A stretch of DNA of 54,585 nucleotides from the IMG/VR virus record IMGVR_UViG_3300021066_000072, positions 1 through 54,585 of that record; one strand, 5' to 3'. The stretch is from a virus (taxonomy: Duplodnaviria > Caudoviricetes). A program made the translations under genes and the position numbers. This document shows positions 7,856 through 18,700 of the stretch, in pieces. Numbering within the stretch: the stretch's first letter is position 1; every line of letters begins with the position of its first letter. The notes under the pieces are model-generated. The model saw only the letters and a list, made by a program, of their open reading frames with translations. It made no database searches and was not told the origin of the DNA.

Positions 7856-10800
7856 TCACGCCCGCTTCTGCGCGGCGGTCATGTACAGCTGATCAATCTT
7901 GGGCGCGCCGGCAGGCGGTGGCGCGAGCGCACCGGCAGGCGGCATTCCCGGTTGAGCTTCCTGGGCGCGCGGGGCGCCAGCGCCTTGGATCGCGCGGAGA
8001 TTTTCGGGTTCCATCGAGGGCATCAGCGGCGCATCGAACAACACCGAGAGCCGCACAATCACCGCAGCCGGAAGCTTCACGTTGACCTCCGGGGCTCGCT
8101 CGATGAGTCGCGTGCGCGCCTCATCGTAGAGTCGAGGATAGACCTCTCGAAGTGCCTCAACGGCTTCTGGTGTCACGCGGCCAGTTCTAACGTCCTCCAG
8201 GACAGAAACCGGGTCGTTGGACGCGCGCACTCGACGCGCAAATTTCTCCACGTCGCTCGGTGAAGGCGCCCAGCGCGTACGACCGAGAAGGCTCGGGGGC
8301 GGCGCGTAGGGCGCGTGCTTGGCCAAATAAGCCAGCTTCCGCTGGGCCACCGAGGTGACCGCGTCGATTACGTCTGGGTCGCGAACGTCGCGCATGGCAG
8401 CGCGGACAGTCGTGCGCACACCCTCTGGATTGGACTGCGCGGCAACAAGCTCGCCCGTGCGAGCGCGCATAATGTCGGCGATATCCCGGCTCGGCTTTCG
8501 CTTCTCGCCATCATCGTAGAGGACGGCGCTTAGCACGTCGGGGGCGCGCCACGCCTGCGCAGAAGCGACCGGGCGGCCCTTGGACACGGCCCGGGCGCCC
8601 ATCGAGAGAATTCCGTCGAGTGCGTCGGCGATGCGATCCTGCGTCTGCGCAGCACCGGCTGCAACTCGCGTTTCGCCGAGAAGAGGAATCTTGATCCCGA
8701 CCTTTCCGAGTCCTTTAGCGATCGCCCGGAGCTTCAGATAGCCCCCGACCAGCGGGCCAATGACCGGGATTTTGTCGGCGTCAGGCAGGAAAGGCAGGGA
8801 ACCGCCGACCATCTGCAACGCCTCGTTGGCGGCGCCAATATCAGCCAGCGCGCCAAAGAGTCCCTTTTTCGACGACTGAGAAGCGATCTGGCCAGCCCCG
8901 GATAGAGAAATCGTTCCCGCCGCACGACGCGCGGCATCACGTGGCTCCACATCGCCAGCAAACGAAGTCGAGGATAACGCAGACTCCGGCGCCGAGGCCG
9001 ACGGGACTGGCATATCGTCCAGCGCCTGGGCCAGGCGCGTAGTCACCTTGCGCGCCTGCGCGTCGACTGCAGCCGCGTATCCCGCGGCCAGATTGGCCGC
9101 GTCCGGCGACGCCTGAGGGCCGAGCAATGTGACCAATTCGGACACCGTCCTCTCGTAATCCGAAAGATCGGAAATAGCGCGATGCATGTCTTCCAGCTCG
9201 GCGAGATGCTCGTCAGTCATGCGCGCCAGTTCGTCGCCGGGCACTCCTGCCTCGTGAGCCATGTCGTCGCCGATTCGATCGACGTCCTTCGCGCCTATAC
9301 GCCGATACATTCCCAGCGAGTTGTTGTGGATGTAGCCGTCGACCCCCGCTCCCCGGCGAGACTCGTCGATGTCGATCATCCGATTCTTGACGGTCCCATC
9401 ATCGGAAAACGTGCGATGCAGCGTTCCAATTTCCCCGCCGCTCTCGTCGATGATCCTCATCTCGATGCCGCCGCGCGGATCGATCTTAGTGATCTTGGTC
9501 TTGAATCCCGGCGGAGGCGCGAAGCCGTAAACGACGTCGTCGAATTTCAAATTCGGATCAAAATGCTTGCGGACGTGAGTCATGAAGTCGTCGACTTGTT
9601 CGTCGCCGATCTCGCTCCGATCGATACGAGAGACCATCGACTCAACGGACTCTGGCACCAAGTCCTCGGCCGATGCGCCCGGCTTATTGAGAGACTCGAT
9701 ATACGCAGGGTCCTCCCACCAGTGATCGCGATTTTTGAACCACGCATGGAACCGGCGTGAGTCGTTGGCTAGCTTGGCGAATTCCTCTGCACGGCCCGGC
9801 GACATCGCGGACAGGAGGGCCGCACGCTCGGTCTCGTTCGCGCCCTTGTACCAGTCCGTCAAGCGCCACTGGACGTCGCGCGCGGTGCGGGTTCGTTTCT
9901 GTGCGTGGCCGACGACGTCGAGAATTGCTGCTTTTTCCTCCGACGAAGCGCGTCCGTGCCAGTCCGCAAAATCAGACTCGCTCTTGACGATATCGGTCAG
10001 TGCCTTTGATTTCGTGGGGCCGATTGTCTCGAGAATGGCCGCGCGCTCAGCATCGTCGGCAACGGCGAATGCTTGCTTTACGCGGCCGACGGTCATGCCG
10101 GCCATCTCTGGAATCGAAACGCGATGCGTGCCGTCTTTGTCCTTTATCGTGAATTGCCGAAGGATCTTGTCGGTCGCGGCCTCGTTGGCCTTGATGGCAT
10201 CGACAATCTTCTTCGCAGCCGGATCTACGGCGGCCATTGCCTCATGAATCGGCTGAATTACCGACGCGCGAACCTGTTGCAATCCTCCGTCAACGTTCGG
10301 CGGAGGCAGTGCGTCCCGTATCCGCTGCGCTATTGACCTGTCGTTAGGTCGCATAAAACCGGAATCAGGCGCAGTCCTGATCGTAAGAAGGACTGGCCTG
10401 TCCGTTAACGCCGCTGCGGTAATGCGGTGGTTGCCGTCTTCGATCAGAAGTCGACCGCTCGGAGTAACAAAAGCTTCGACGGGCCACAGTGTCGCCCCTT
10501 CGCTCCACCCCCTCAAGATGGAGTCGACACGATCTTGCTTTAGCTCTGCCCCCCAAATGTCAGCCGTCGCCAATTCGGATGGTCGGATCGCATATACGAC
10601 ATTGCTACTCTCATCCTTTAGGTTGGAGGCAGCCTCCTCGTAGGTGGGCAACGTTGTCTCGACCCGTTCAGGCAATGCCTTCCCTCGGCGATATCTAGGG
10701 GTGACATGGCCGAATCCCTCGGGTATCTCAGGCGCTGCCGTGGCCAACTGATTAGCCGCAGCAGAATCAACCGCTGGAGCATCGGTCGGGACCACGGACA

Positions 10801-12469
10801 TCTTCACGACCGGAATCTCGCCGGCACGCGACGAAACCGCCCCCTCCACCGCGTCGACGCGAAGCTGCATTCCTCGGGGCAGAACGACTTCGCGGACGTC
10901 GCCCGAGTGAGTCGTCAGCGGCATGGCGTTGGAGCCAGCCGGCATATCGATTTTCAACAACGCCGATGGAGTCCCGCGAGAAACGAATCGAACAGCTTCC
11001 TCTTGGTTGGGCGCCGTCGACATGTAGCCCTTGTCGGCCCACACAGAGCCAGGCTCCAGAGAGCCAGTGATCGGCGCTCCGCGATACAGTGTGAGCGGCT
11101 CTTCGACCGTGCGCTTCGCGATCATGTCATCGAATTCGGCCGCCTTCGCGTCAAGGAGCTCCTTGGTTCCGAATTCTCCGTCAGGGTCGATGCTTCCCGT
11201 GCGCGAGTAATCGTTCAGTTCCGTAAAGGTATTGCGCTGATACCCACGTATTAGCAACGCCTCTTCTGGCGTCACTGAAGGACCAGAGATACGGGGCGGG
11301 CCGCTAGGGGCTGCTTTCTTTTGCCCGGCCTCAATCGATCTTTTGAGCAGATCCTCTAAATCGCTCTCGCCCTCGGTAATCCCTGCCGCCGGCGGCGATA
11401 CGACCTCCGGAGACCAAGCTTCCCGCTCAGGCATTGCGTCGGTCGCGGGCGCCGCAGTCTCCACGGCAGAGGTCGGTATTTCAGGCTCTCCGACTGCCGC
11501 GGGCACTACTTCGTCAGGCGCCCTGCCCTTGCCCCTTACTCGACTCGCTCTGGCTTTTGCGAGTCGCGCTGCATTGAGCTCGGCCTGGGCCGCGAGCCTT
11601 TGCTCGACGAGGGCCGTACGAGCCTGCGCCTCCGCGATCTTGATCTCGCGAAGTTTCGCCTGGGCCGCCATGTCAAGTTCTGCGTTTTGCAAACGCATCA
11701 TCTCCAGAGCGTCCACAGCTGCAGTCGTCGACTTGTCGCCCGCGGCCAGTGCGGCCTGGAGCTGGACGTCAACGTCGTCCTTGGCCCGCCGAAGCGCTTC
11801 CCTTGTGAGCTTGTGTTTGGGAATCAGCTTCTTCGCGGCGACGAAGGCTTTCTCTGCGCCATGAAAGGCCGCCGAAGCTCCGCCTCCAAGAAGCCCGCCG
11901 ACGCCAGCCGCGACGGCGAATCCCTCGGCGGACAGATCTTTATCCGCGAGAGCTGAATCGCTGAGATACATGCCGGCCGACTGCAGCGCACCCTCTGTGG
12001 CGCCACTGGCCACTGTCCGAGTGAAGCCCCCGGCTCCAGCGATACGCGCCCCGAGTCGAGCAGTCGCTCCCGCCGGCATCAGACGAGCTGCCGTCGCAGC
12101 AGTCGATGTACCGCCACTGAGGATTGCCGGCGCGATCGAGCCGGCAATCTCTCCAATTGCGCTGACCGTTCCGTGTTCTTCCTTGAGACCGCGCAGAGTA
12201 TCCGAGCTGACGCCGAGGTCTCTAAGGACCAGATCGGAGAGGCCGAAGGAAGCGCCTCGGGCGAGGCCAGCTATCCCAGCGTTGATGCCCCCGATGATAC
12301 CCCCCGCATCGCGTTCGCGCGCGGACTCGGCGACGCCCGCCGCCTGACGAGCTCCGTAATCGATTCCCGTCTCAGCCCTGAATCCCTGCCCTGCGCGGTA
12401 CTCGACCTCTTCTGCGGGCACCGCAACGGTACGCCCCTCGGGCGTAATCATATTGACGGTCGTGGGCAC
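7856..12469 (-). CDS. Large internal virion/ejection protein with ART, ParB/Srx-like and GNAT-like domains (polyvalent protein)
   Basis: Third gene after the nozzle; Gly/Ala-rich N-terminus; ART YRG/YMSTA/REVVLPRG; ParB EDGNHR; GNAT-like IDIDESRRGAGV. Confidence 0.8.
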   Translation of the reverse strand: MPTTVNMITPEGRTVAVPAEEVEYRAGQGFRAETGIDYGARQAAGVAESARERDAGGIIGGINAGIAGLARGASFGLSDLVLRDLGVSSDTLRGLKEEHGTVSAIGEIAGSIAPAILSGGTSTAATAARLMPAGATARLGARIAGAGGFTRTVASGATEGALQSAGMYLSDSALADKDLSAEGFAVAAGVGGLLGGGASAAFHGAEKAFVAAKKLIPKHKLTREALRRAKDDVDVQLQAALAAGDKSTTAAVDALEMMRLQNAELDMAAQAKLREIKIAEAQARTALVEQRLAAQAELNAARLAKARASRVRGKGRAPDEVVPAAVGEPEIPTSAVETAAPATDAMPEREAWSPEVVSPPAAGITEGESDLEDLLKRSIEAGQKKAAPSGPPRISGPSVTPEEALLIRGYQRNTFTELNDYSRTGSIDPDGEFGTKELLDAKAAEFDDMIAKRTVEEPLTLYRGAPITGSLEPGSVWADKGYMSTAPNQEEAVRFVSRGTPSALLKIDMPAGSNAMPLTTHSGDVREVVLPRGMQLRVDAVEGAVSSRAGEIPVVKMSVVPTDAPAVDSAAANQLATAAPEIPEGFGHVTPRYRRGKALPERVETTLPTYEEAASNLKDESSNVVYAIRPSELATADIWGAELKQDRVDSILRGWSEGATLWPVEAFVTPSGRLLIEDGNHRITAAALTDRPVLLTIRTAPDSGFMRPNDRSIAQRIRDALPPPNVDGGLQQVRASVIQPIHEAMAAVDPAAKKIVDAIKANEAATDKILRQFTIKDKDGTHRVSIPEMAGMTVGRVKQAFAVADDAERAAILETIGPTKSKALTDIVKSESDFADWHGRASSEEKAAILDVVGHAQKRTRTARDVQWRLTDWYKGANETERAALLSAMSPGRAEEFAKLANDSRRFHAWFKNRDHWWEDPAYIESLNKPGASAEDLVPESVESMVSRIDRSEIGDEQVDDFMTHVRKHFDPNLKFDDVVYGFAPPPGFKTKITKIDPRGGIEMRIIDESGGEIGTLHRTFSDDGTVKNRMIDIDESRRGAGVDGYIHNNSLGMYRRIGAKDVDRIGDDMAHEAGVPGDELARMTDEHLAELEDMHRAISDLSDYERTVSELVTLLGPQASPDAANLAAGYAAAVDAQARKVTTRLAQALDDMPVPSASAPESALSSTSFAGDVEPRDAARRAAGTISLSGAGQIASQSSKKGLFGALADIGAANEALQMVGGSLPFLPDADKIPVIGPLVGGYLKLRAIAKGLGKVGIKIPLLGETRVAAGAAQTQDRIADALDGILSMGARAVSKGRPVASAQAWRAPDVLSAVLYDDGEKRKPSRDIADIMRARTGELVAAQSNPEGVRTTVRAAMRDVRDPDVIDAVTSVAQRKLAYLAKHAPYAPPPSLLGRTRWAPSPSDVEKFARRVRASNDPVSVLEDVRTGRVTPEAVEALREVYPRLYDEARTRLIERAPEVNVKLPAAVIVRLSVLFDAPLMPSMEPENLRAIQGAGAPRAQEAQPGMPPAGALAPPPAGAPKIDQLYMTAAQKRA

Positions 12470-12472
12470 TGC

Positions 12473-14854
12473 TTACTTCTTTTTCTTTCGGGCTGCCGCA
12501 AAGGCGGCAATGCCTTTCTCGGCAGCAAGCACGTCGGCCGGCGACGAATTTACGTCGTATTGGATCTTCATCAGCTTATTAACCGCGTCAAAATCGCCGG
12601 CGCCGGCCCTGTCAACGAGGACACCGACAGAGGGCTCCACGCCGTATTCCGCGCGATTCATGGCTGCAGTCATCGCGATCCGAACGGGGGCCCGCCGCTC
12701 TTCGATCTCTCGCTCCGACTTCGCTCCTTGCGTGAGCTTCGCCTCCACTTCGGCCAGCCCTGTTGCGTCACCGGCATCTGCGAGTTTGTCGATCGCAAAC
12801 TGCGCCAGCTGTGGGCGGTCTTGGAGGGTCGCGATTCCAACGAGGCTCTTGCGTGCCTCCATCGCAACATTTGCATCCGACGATGAGAGATTTGCCGCGA
12901 ACTTCTCGATCGCCGCGGCTTGCTCTTTGGCGACGCGACCGGTGGCATCCTGTGCCGAGAACGCTTTGTCGTCCGCATTCACCTGCGCGTTGGTCTTGAG
13001 CCGCTCGCCGCCGAACAACTCATTGCTTGCCGCCATGGTGCCGGCAACGACTCCCGGCTCTGCCGCAGCACGCATTTCGGCGGGGGTCTTGGCGGCGATG
13101 ACCTTTTCGAACCTCGCGTCCTCTTTGGTCTTTATAGGCTTCGAGAGAACGGCGCTCTTTAATTCCAGCGGGATGTACGCACCCCCCCGTGGATCGCGTG
13201 AGGCGTTAGCCTCCGCGTTAAACTTGCGATTGATGACCTCGCGAGCCTTTTGCAATCCGGCGGAAGCGTCGGTGTTCTTCCAGAGCTGAGCGGCAACGTC
13301 CTTCGCATAACTGCCAGACAGTGGGTCGCCGCCCCAGAGGCGATTCGTGGCCTCGGCCGTACCCTTGTCGTACGCGCCCATCTGGTACAGCTTCGTGTAA
13401 GCAATACCGGAGTCGGTCAGGAGTGTATTTAACTTTTGAAAATCAGGCGAGTTTTGGAACGCTGCAAAGCTTTTGTAATCATTGCGTATGCGCAGAATCT
13501 CTTGAACGTTCTCGTCGATCTGATCGCGAGCCGCCTTGATCAAGGCAATGCGATCGCCAGCCTCTTTGTCGCGGGCTCTGTACACGTCCCTGACCGGCTT
13601 GCCGTCGACGTCCTTGCTCTGAGTAAACAGATCTGGCAGCTCACGGGACGCAGCCTCTTTATCAGCGGCCGTTTTTGCCGTGGCCACGCGGGCCGCTCTT
13701 TCCTCGTTAACCTTGGCTATGCTGGCCTCGAAGGCGCGCTCCGAGTTTTCTCTGTCGAGATCCTGGCCGCGCATCGTCACAAAAGCACTGCGGCGGCTCG
13801 CGCGTTCAGCTTGCTGCAATTGGGCCTTCTGCTGGTCCTCGGCATGCTGTAATTGCATCGCCTGGCCGTATGCAGCCGTCCCTTCCTTCGCGAGCTGCGC
13901 GCCGGCAAGCGCTAGCTGCTCGCGCTTGACCCCGGAAGCCATCTTGGCCGAAGTAGCTTGCCATTCTCGACCCAACGCCTGAGCTTGCAGGCCAACAGCC
14001 GCGAGTCTCTGCGCTTGCCGATTCGTGGCGACCTCGCGGGCGTAGTCTAGGCCCCCCTTAAGAGAGTGAGCCGCGCGGCCTAGCTGATCTCTTTCGCGCT
14101 CTTGGTCGGCGACGTCTTGATCGATTTTCTGCATCGCCAGCTGCAAAGCGGGGTTGGGTCCTCCCTGCTTATTGAGCACGTTGCCCAAGCCAGACATGAC
14201 CGCACCAAGCAGCTCCATGGAGTTTATTTTTCGCCGCGTTACCTTGGCGTTCATAAACTCTTGATTCTTCGCCTCCCAAACCTTGGCCTTCTTATCGAGC
14301 TCAGCCTCTTCCGCTGCAGTCTTCTCGGCGTTCTCCTTTTCCTTGGCGGCGACGGCGATATTTCGCCGCTCGAGAAAAGCAGCCTCCTCGTCGAGGACTT
14401 TGGCCTCTGCCTCGCCAACGCGCTGCTGCGCCGCCTGCTCAGCCTTTAGATCGGCCTGCTGGCGAGCGTAAAGATCGCCGTATGTCGCCTTGGACAAATC
14501 CGGCACTGGCTCAGGCTTTGGAGCCGGCGCTGGCGCCCGGGCTGCAGCGGGCGCCGCTGGCTGCGCGAATGGATCTGGGGCCAGATCTGGATCTGCATGC
14601 GCCGGCGCTGACTGCACCGGCATTAGGCTCGGCGCAATCGCGGGAACCGGCGATACGGTCGGCGGAGTGTCCGCAAACGCTGCCGGTGCGGGCGCAAGCT
14701 CGTCCGATGCCGGCGCATTCGCGATGGCCGCCTGAGCCTCCTCGGGCGTGGCCGGCATCGGCGGCATCGGGAGGCCGTAAAGCGCGGCATCCTTCCGGGG
14801 CACCAGGATGCGCCCGGTTGGAGTGTCGACCTCTACGAGTCCCAGGTCGGCCAT
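12473..14854 (-). CDS. Internal virion/ejection protein, coiled coil
   Basis: 793 aa, Ala/Gln/Lys-rich helical; between pilot-like and large ejection genes. Confidence 0.65.
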   Translation of the reverse strand: MADLGLVEVDTPTGRILVPRKDAALYGLPMPPMPATPEEAQAAIANAPASDELAPAPAAFADTPPTVSPVPAIAPSLMPVQSAPAHADPDLAPDPFAQPAAPAAARAPAPAPKPEPVPDLSKATYGDLYARQQADLKAEQAAQQRVGEAEAKVLDEEAAFLERRNIAVAAKEKENAEKTAAEEAELDKKAKVWEAKNQEFMNAKVTRRKINSMELLGAVMSGLGNVLNKQGGPNPALQLAMQKIDQDVADQERERDQLGRAAHSLKGGLDYAREVATNRQAQRLAAVGLQAQALGREWQATSAKMASGVKREQLALAGAQLAKEGTAAYGQAMQLQHAEDQQKAQLQQAERASRRSAFVTMRGQDLDRENSERAFEASIAKVNEERAARVATAKTAADKEAASRELPDLFTQSKDVDGKPVRDVYRARDKEAGDRIALIKAARDQIDENVQEILRIRNDYKSFAAFQNSPDFQKLNTLLTDSGIAYTKLYQMGAYDKGTAEATNRLWGGDPLSGSYAKDVAAQLWKNTDASAGLQKAREVINRKFNAEANASRDPRGGAYIPLELKSAVLSKPIKTKEDARFEKVIAAKTPAEMRAAAEPGVVAGTMAASNELFGGERLKTNAQVNADDKAFSAQDATGRVAKEQAAAIEKFAANLSSSDANVAMEARKSLVGIATLQDRPQLAQFAIDKLADAGDATGLAEVEAKLTQGAKSEREIEERRAPVRIAMTAAMNRAEYGVEPSVGVLVDRAGAGDFDAVNKLMKIQYDVNSSPADVLAAEKGIAAFAAARKKKK

Positions 14855-14857
14855 TGA

Positions 14858-15724
14858 CTACGCCGCCGCCATAAGCGGACCAGCCGCCTGGAGCAAGGTC
14901 CCCAGGTTGCCGTTGTCCTGACTGATGAGTCCGGCCCGCGCCATACGCGCGCGAAGCTCAGCATCGCTTAGAGCCGCATACTGACCCAGCATGCCCAGGC
15001 CGTACTGGTCGTTCAGACCGCGCTGAGCGAGCGCCGCTTGCTGATTCGCGAGCGCGGTCTGCTGGCCGAACTGGCCCGCCAGCATATTTCTCTGCTGATC
15101 AAGCTGGGCATTCTGTGATGCCAAATCGATGTCCGCGCCCCTGCCCTGTCCCAGGAGACCGGCGAGCTGGCCGCGTGCTGCGGACTGATCCTGAAGCGCC
15201 GCCTGACCGGCGGCACCGGAGGCGTTGACCCCGAGGTCGCCAAGACCACGCGCTGCCGCGCGCGCCATAATCCCGGCATTCGCCCCTCGCGCCATATTCG
15301 TCTGGCCGGCAATCTGCGCCGCTTGCTGCGCAGCCTGACGACGCACGGCAATCTCGCCGGCGCCCATCTGCTGACCGCTGGCGACGCCCGAGAGCTGGCC
15401 AGCGAGGCCCATTTGCTGCGCGCGCCACTGGTCCTGAGGCCCGCCAGCAAGCTGCGACGCGGGTGATAGATGCGCCGCTTGCGCCATTGGCGCCATGCGC
15501 CCCTGGGCGCCATGCATTTGCTGCTCGGCGTATCCGCGGAGCATGTCTCCGCCCTGCAGACGGAAATTCTCCTCGGCCAGAGCCCTGTCTTTCGCCCCTT
15601 GGTCGCCAAGTAGCCACTTCTTGGCGCCGCTCGGATCGGCCCCGATAAGGGCCCCCGGGGCTCCGAGCGCCATGTACCCGGCGGCAGGCGCGGCGTATTT
15701 TTTGATCGAATCGAAAAAACCCAT
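14858..15724 (-). CDS. Gly/Ala/Gln-rich DNA ejection (pilot-like) protein
   Basis: MGFFDSIKK start; composition typical of small podovirus ejection proteins; follows nozzle. Confidence 0.65.
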   Translation of the reverse strand: MGFFDSIKKYAAPAAGYMALGAPGALIGADPSGAKKWLLGDQGAKDRALAEENFRLQGGDMLRGYAEQQMHGAQGRMAPMAQAAHLSPASQLAGGPQDQWRAQQMGLAGQLSGVASGQQMGAGEIAVRRQAAQQAAQIAGQTNMARGANAGIMARAAARGLGDLGVNASGAAGQAALQDQSAARGQLAGLLGQGRGADIDLASQNAQLDQQRNMLAGQFGQQTALANQQAALAQRGLNDQYGLGMLGQYAALSDAELRARMARAGLISQDNGNLGTLLQAAGPLMAAA

Positions 15725-15725
15725 G

Positions 15726-18700
15726 TCACTTGCTCCTGTCGGCCGGAAGCTTGTATCGATTCAGCTTCGCGCCGGCGCTGAGGATCAGTTCCGTCAACTC
15801 AGCGCAGGCCCCCGAGACCCCCGCGGCCTCGCGAAAGGTGAAGCGAAAACGGATCGCCTGGCACTTTTTCCCGACGTGGACCGTGAACTGATACGGCGTC
15901 GGACTGTCGCCGCCGTAATTACCGGAGCCGTAGTCGCCGCTGCCATAATTCGACCCACCCATTGAGGTGCAGTCGAAAATCGCTGGCTCACTCCAGTTAC
16001 CAGGTACGTCGTAATCCAATGCGTGTTGGATCCACAAGATATGTGCTGATCTCCACGTGCCGATAACCTGCGCGTGCCAGATCCGCTGAAATCCCTGGAT
16101 AGCTTGCGCGAGATGGATCCACGCCGTCTCAATGACGAGCGGGATCTGGAGATTGTCGTCCGCATATTCCGCGGACTGGCGAAACACGCGGCCGTCGTTG
16201 CGCAGATAGTGGTAGTCGCCGCCGACGATGACGGAGTCGAGACCCTCGTGATTCGTGAACGTCGACCACTGACCGAATTGATAGTCGTAGAGCAGTGTCA
16301 CGCCCTCGTCGGTCAGAAAACGCACTTGGTGCGTATCCTCGACGAGGGTGGCACGGGTAATTCGCTGGTCGTTATAAGCCTCAACCGGCGCCCCGATATA
16401 CTGGGTGTTCATCGCCGTATCGAGCAGATGGATCCCCTTTGCAGACTGAAATGCGATTCCCGCCGGCGTCGACACCACCGAGCGCTGGTCCAGCGCGCCA
16501 ACGTCAGAGGAAATCAGCCCGGGCAGGCTGAAGGCCCCGCCGGCCTCGGGATTGGCGAGCGGGCCATCGCCCGTCGCACCATAAATGGCCGAGCGTTTGA
16601 ATCCGACGATCACGCCATTCTGCTCGGCGACCGCGGTAACCGCGCCCCCTGCGGGCGGAAAGACGATTCTGAGCTCCGGCGTGAACTCAACCGCATAGCC
16701 GTCGGCTCGCTCTTGCGAGGGGTAGACGGCACTTGCGTCGTTCGGATCTCCGACAAAAATGCGCCCCTTGGCAGCAGCGATGACCCCAGCGCCGGGAACC
16801 GGGTCGTTGCTCGAGATGCCACCGTTCGTGTAGAGCGGCTCCTGAAGCAGAAGGCTGACGTCGTCGAGATCGTCTATCACCTCAACGGAATCCACTGACG
16901 TGTCGTTGGCAACGTATCCGTTGGGGTCGCCTGCCGTGCTGGGATTTGTCGAGGTGACTCGAAAGTATTGAGTAGCATCGCCGTCGACTGTCCGCGCGGC
17001 CACAACGCGGCAGTTCTCACGCGCGCTGCCATGCAATCCAAACGCGGTGAGTCGAAGCGTTGGGACGTCCAGGACTACGCGATCATCCGCACCAGCCACC
17101 GTGACTTCGTATCGCTTGGAAACGGGGCCGCGAATAATCTCGCCATTGGCAAGTGTCGCCTCGTAAAAGAACACGTAATTGCGAGTACCGTTGGACATTC
17201 CCCCCAGGCCAGCGCCTGAGCTTGCGTGCAAGACCTCGCTCTCTTCCCAGTCAGGCGCATAGTGAAATCCGCTCTCCACCCAGCCGGCCCCGTCGTAGAG
17301 CTGTGGGCAGGCAGCGCCGAGATAGAGAGTGCGGCCGGCGTACACCGTCTGATGAGAATCGCTGGCGGCGAAATCGAGCGAAACGAGCCGCAACCCCTCC
17401 TCGGTAAAAACGTCCGAGTTGACCGAGTCGAGCTTTGTCTTATAGATAGCAGTCCAGCGGAATAGACGTCCGCCGTCCCCGTCGTCCGTGACGCTGGGGA
17501 GATGACTGCGCGCCGGTGCGTCGCCGGCATTGGTCGGCAGTGTGCGCGCGACACAGATGCCGTCGTCACGGACCGTCAGGTAGACGCCAAATAACGGCAC
17601 GTCGTGGACGAGGGTCACGTAGGCGTGGTCCACCTCAGCTGTGTGAGCGCCGTCGGTGGCGTCCAGCTCGGCGCAGTCCGTCCACGCTTTGGACGCCAAG
17701 CACACGCCGTTGATTACGAGCGGCGTGGGATTGTCCATAATCCCGCCGCCGTACTCGACTCTCCAGCGGGTGACGTTCGACAAACGCCGTATCGCGTTTC
17801 TCGCCTCAAGCCAGACTTCGATCCCGTCGTTGCCGTTGGAGGCAAGCTGATACCGCCAGGCGATCGTGAGCGCATCGACACCGGCGGTCCCGAGCTCCTG
17901 GACGGCCGTGGGGACGATCGTCGTCGCCAATTCGCCGACCGCGGCAACGTACGAGTCGCTCGCGCTCGCCCAGCAGAGAGCCACCTTGTCCTGTCGCCAG
18001 GGAGCCGCGACGATTGTGGGCCCACAGGTTATTGGAGCGGTGGGAGTGATAATCGTGGCCGGCGAAGGCCAGCCAGTAACCGGCGAGCCGATGACACCTG
18101 ACGGATCCAGCCAGCCGACACGCACTCCAGTGGTAGTGCTCCAGCAAATTGCCGCGGCAGCGCGCCCGATCGCGTGCTGGTCGCCAACGGAGACGGCGTC
18201 AAATCCCGGTGAGCCAATGATCAGATCGTCGATAACCACCGTCGGAAACTGCGCATCGTCATACGTGTGCGGACTGGCCGGGTCGATCATGATCGCCCAG
18301 ACCTGCCCCAGTGCTGACTCCGCCCAGAGGAGAGCCAGCTTGTCGCCGCATCTTACGCAGCGCGGGCGCTGTCCCGTCGCGCTCGCAACGGTCGGCGTCA
18401 GCGTGACGCGCCCTTCGTTGTCCTCGACGATCGCAAAATAAACCCCGCCCCGCGAGTCCTCCCAGGCAGCGAGACCGATACCGCTGACGGCGGCGCAGTC
18501 GCCCATCGTCTGCGCGGAGATCGTTTTGATGAGCGCCCTGTCGGTCTGCTTGACCGATGCGACGCCGCCGATCTCGTTCCAGACGCCCGCTCCCTCCAGG
18601 TAGGAGTAGCTTGAGTCGTCCGTGAACAAGACGAGTTCATCACCCCGAACACCCATCCCGCGCGGGTGATCGTAGGGTGCTACTTGACCAAGCACGCTCA

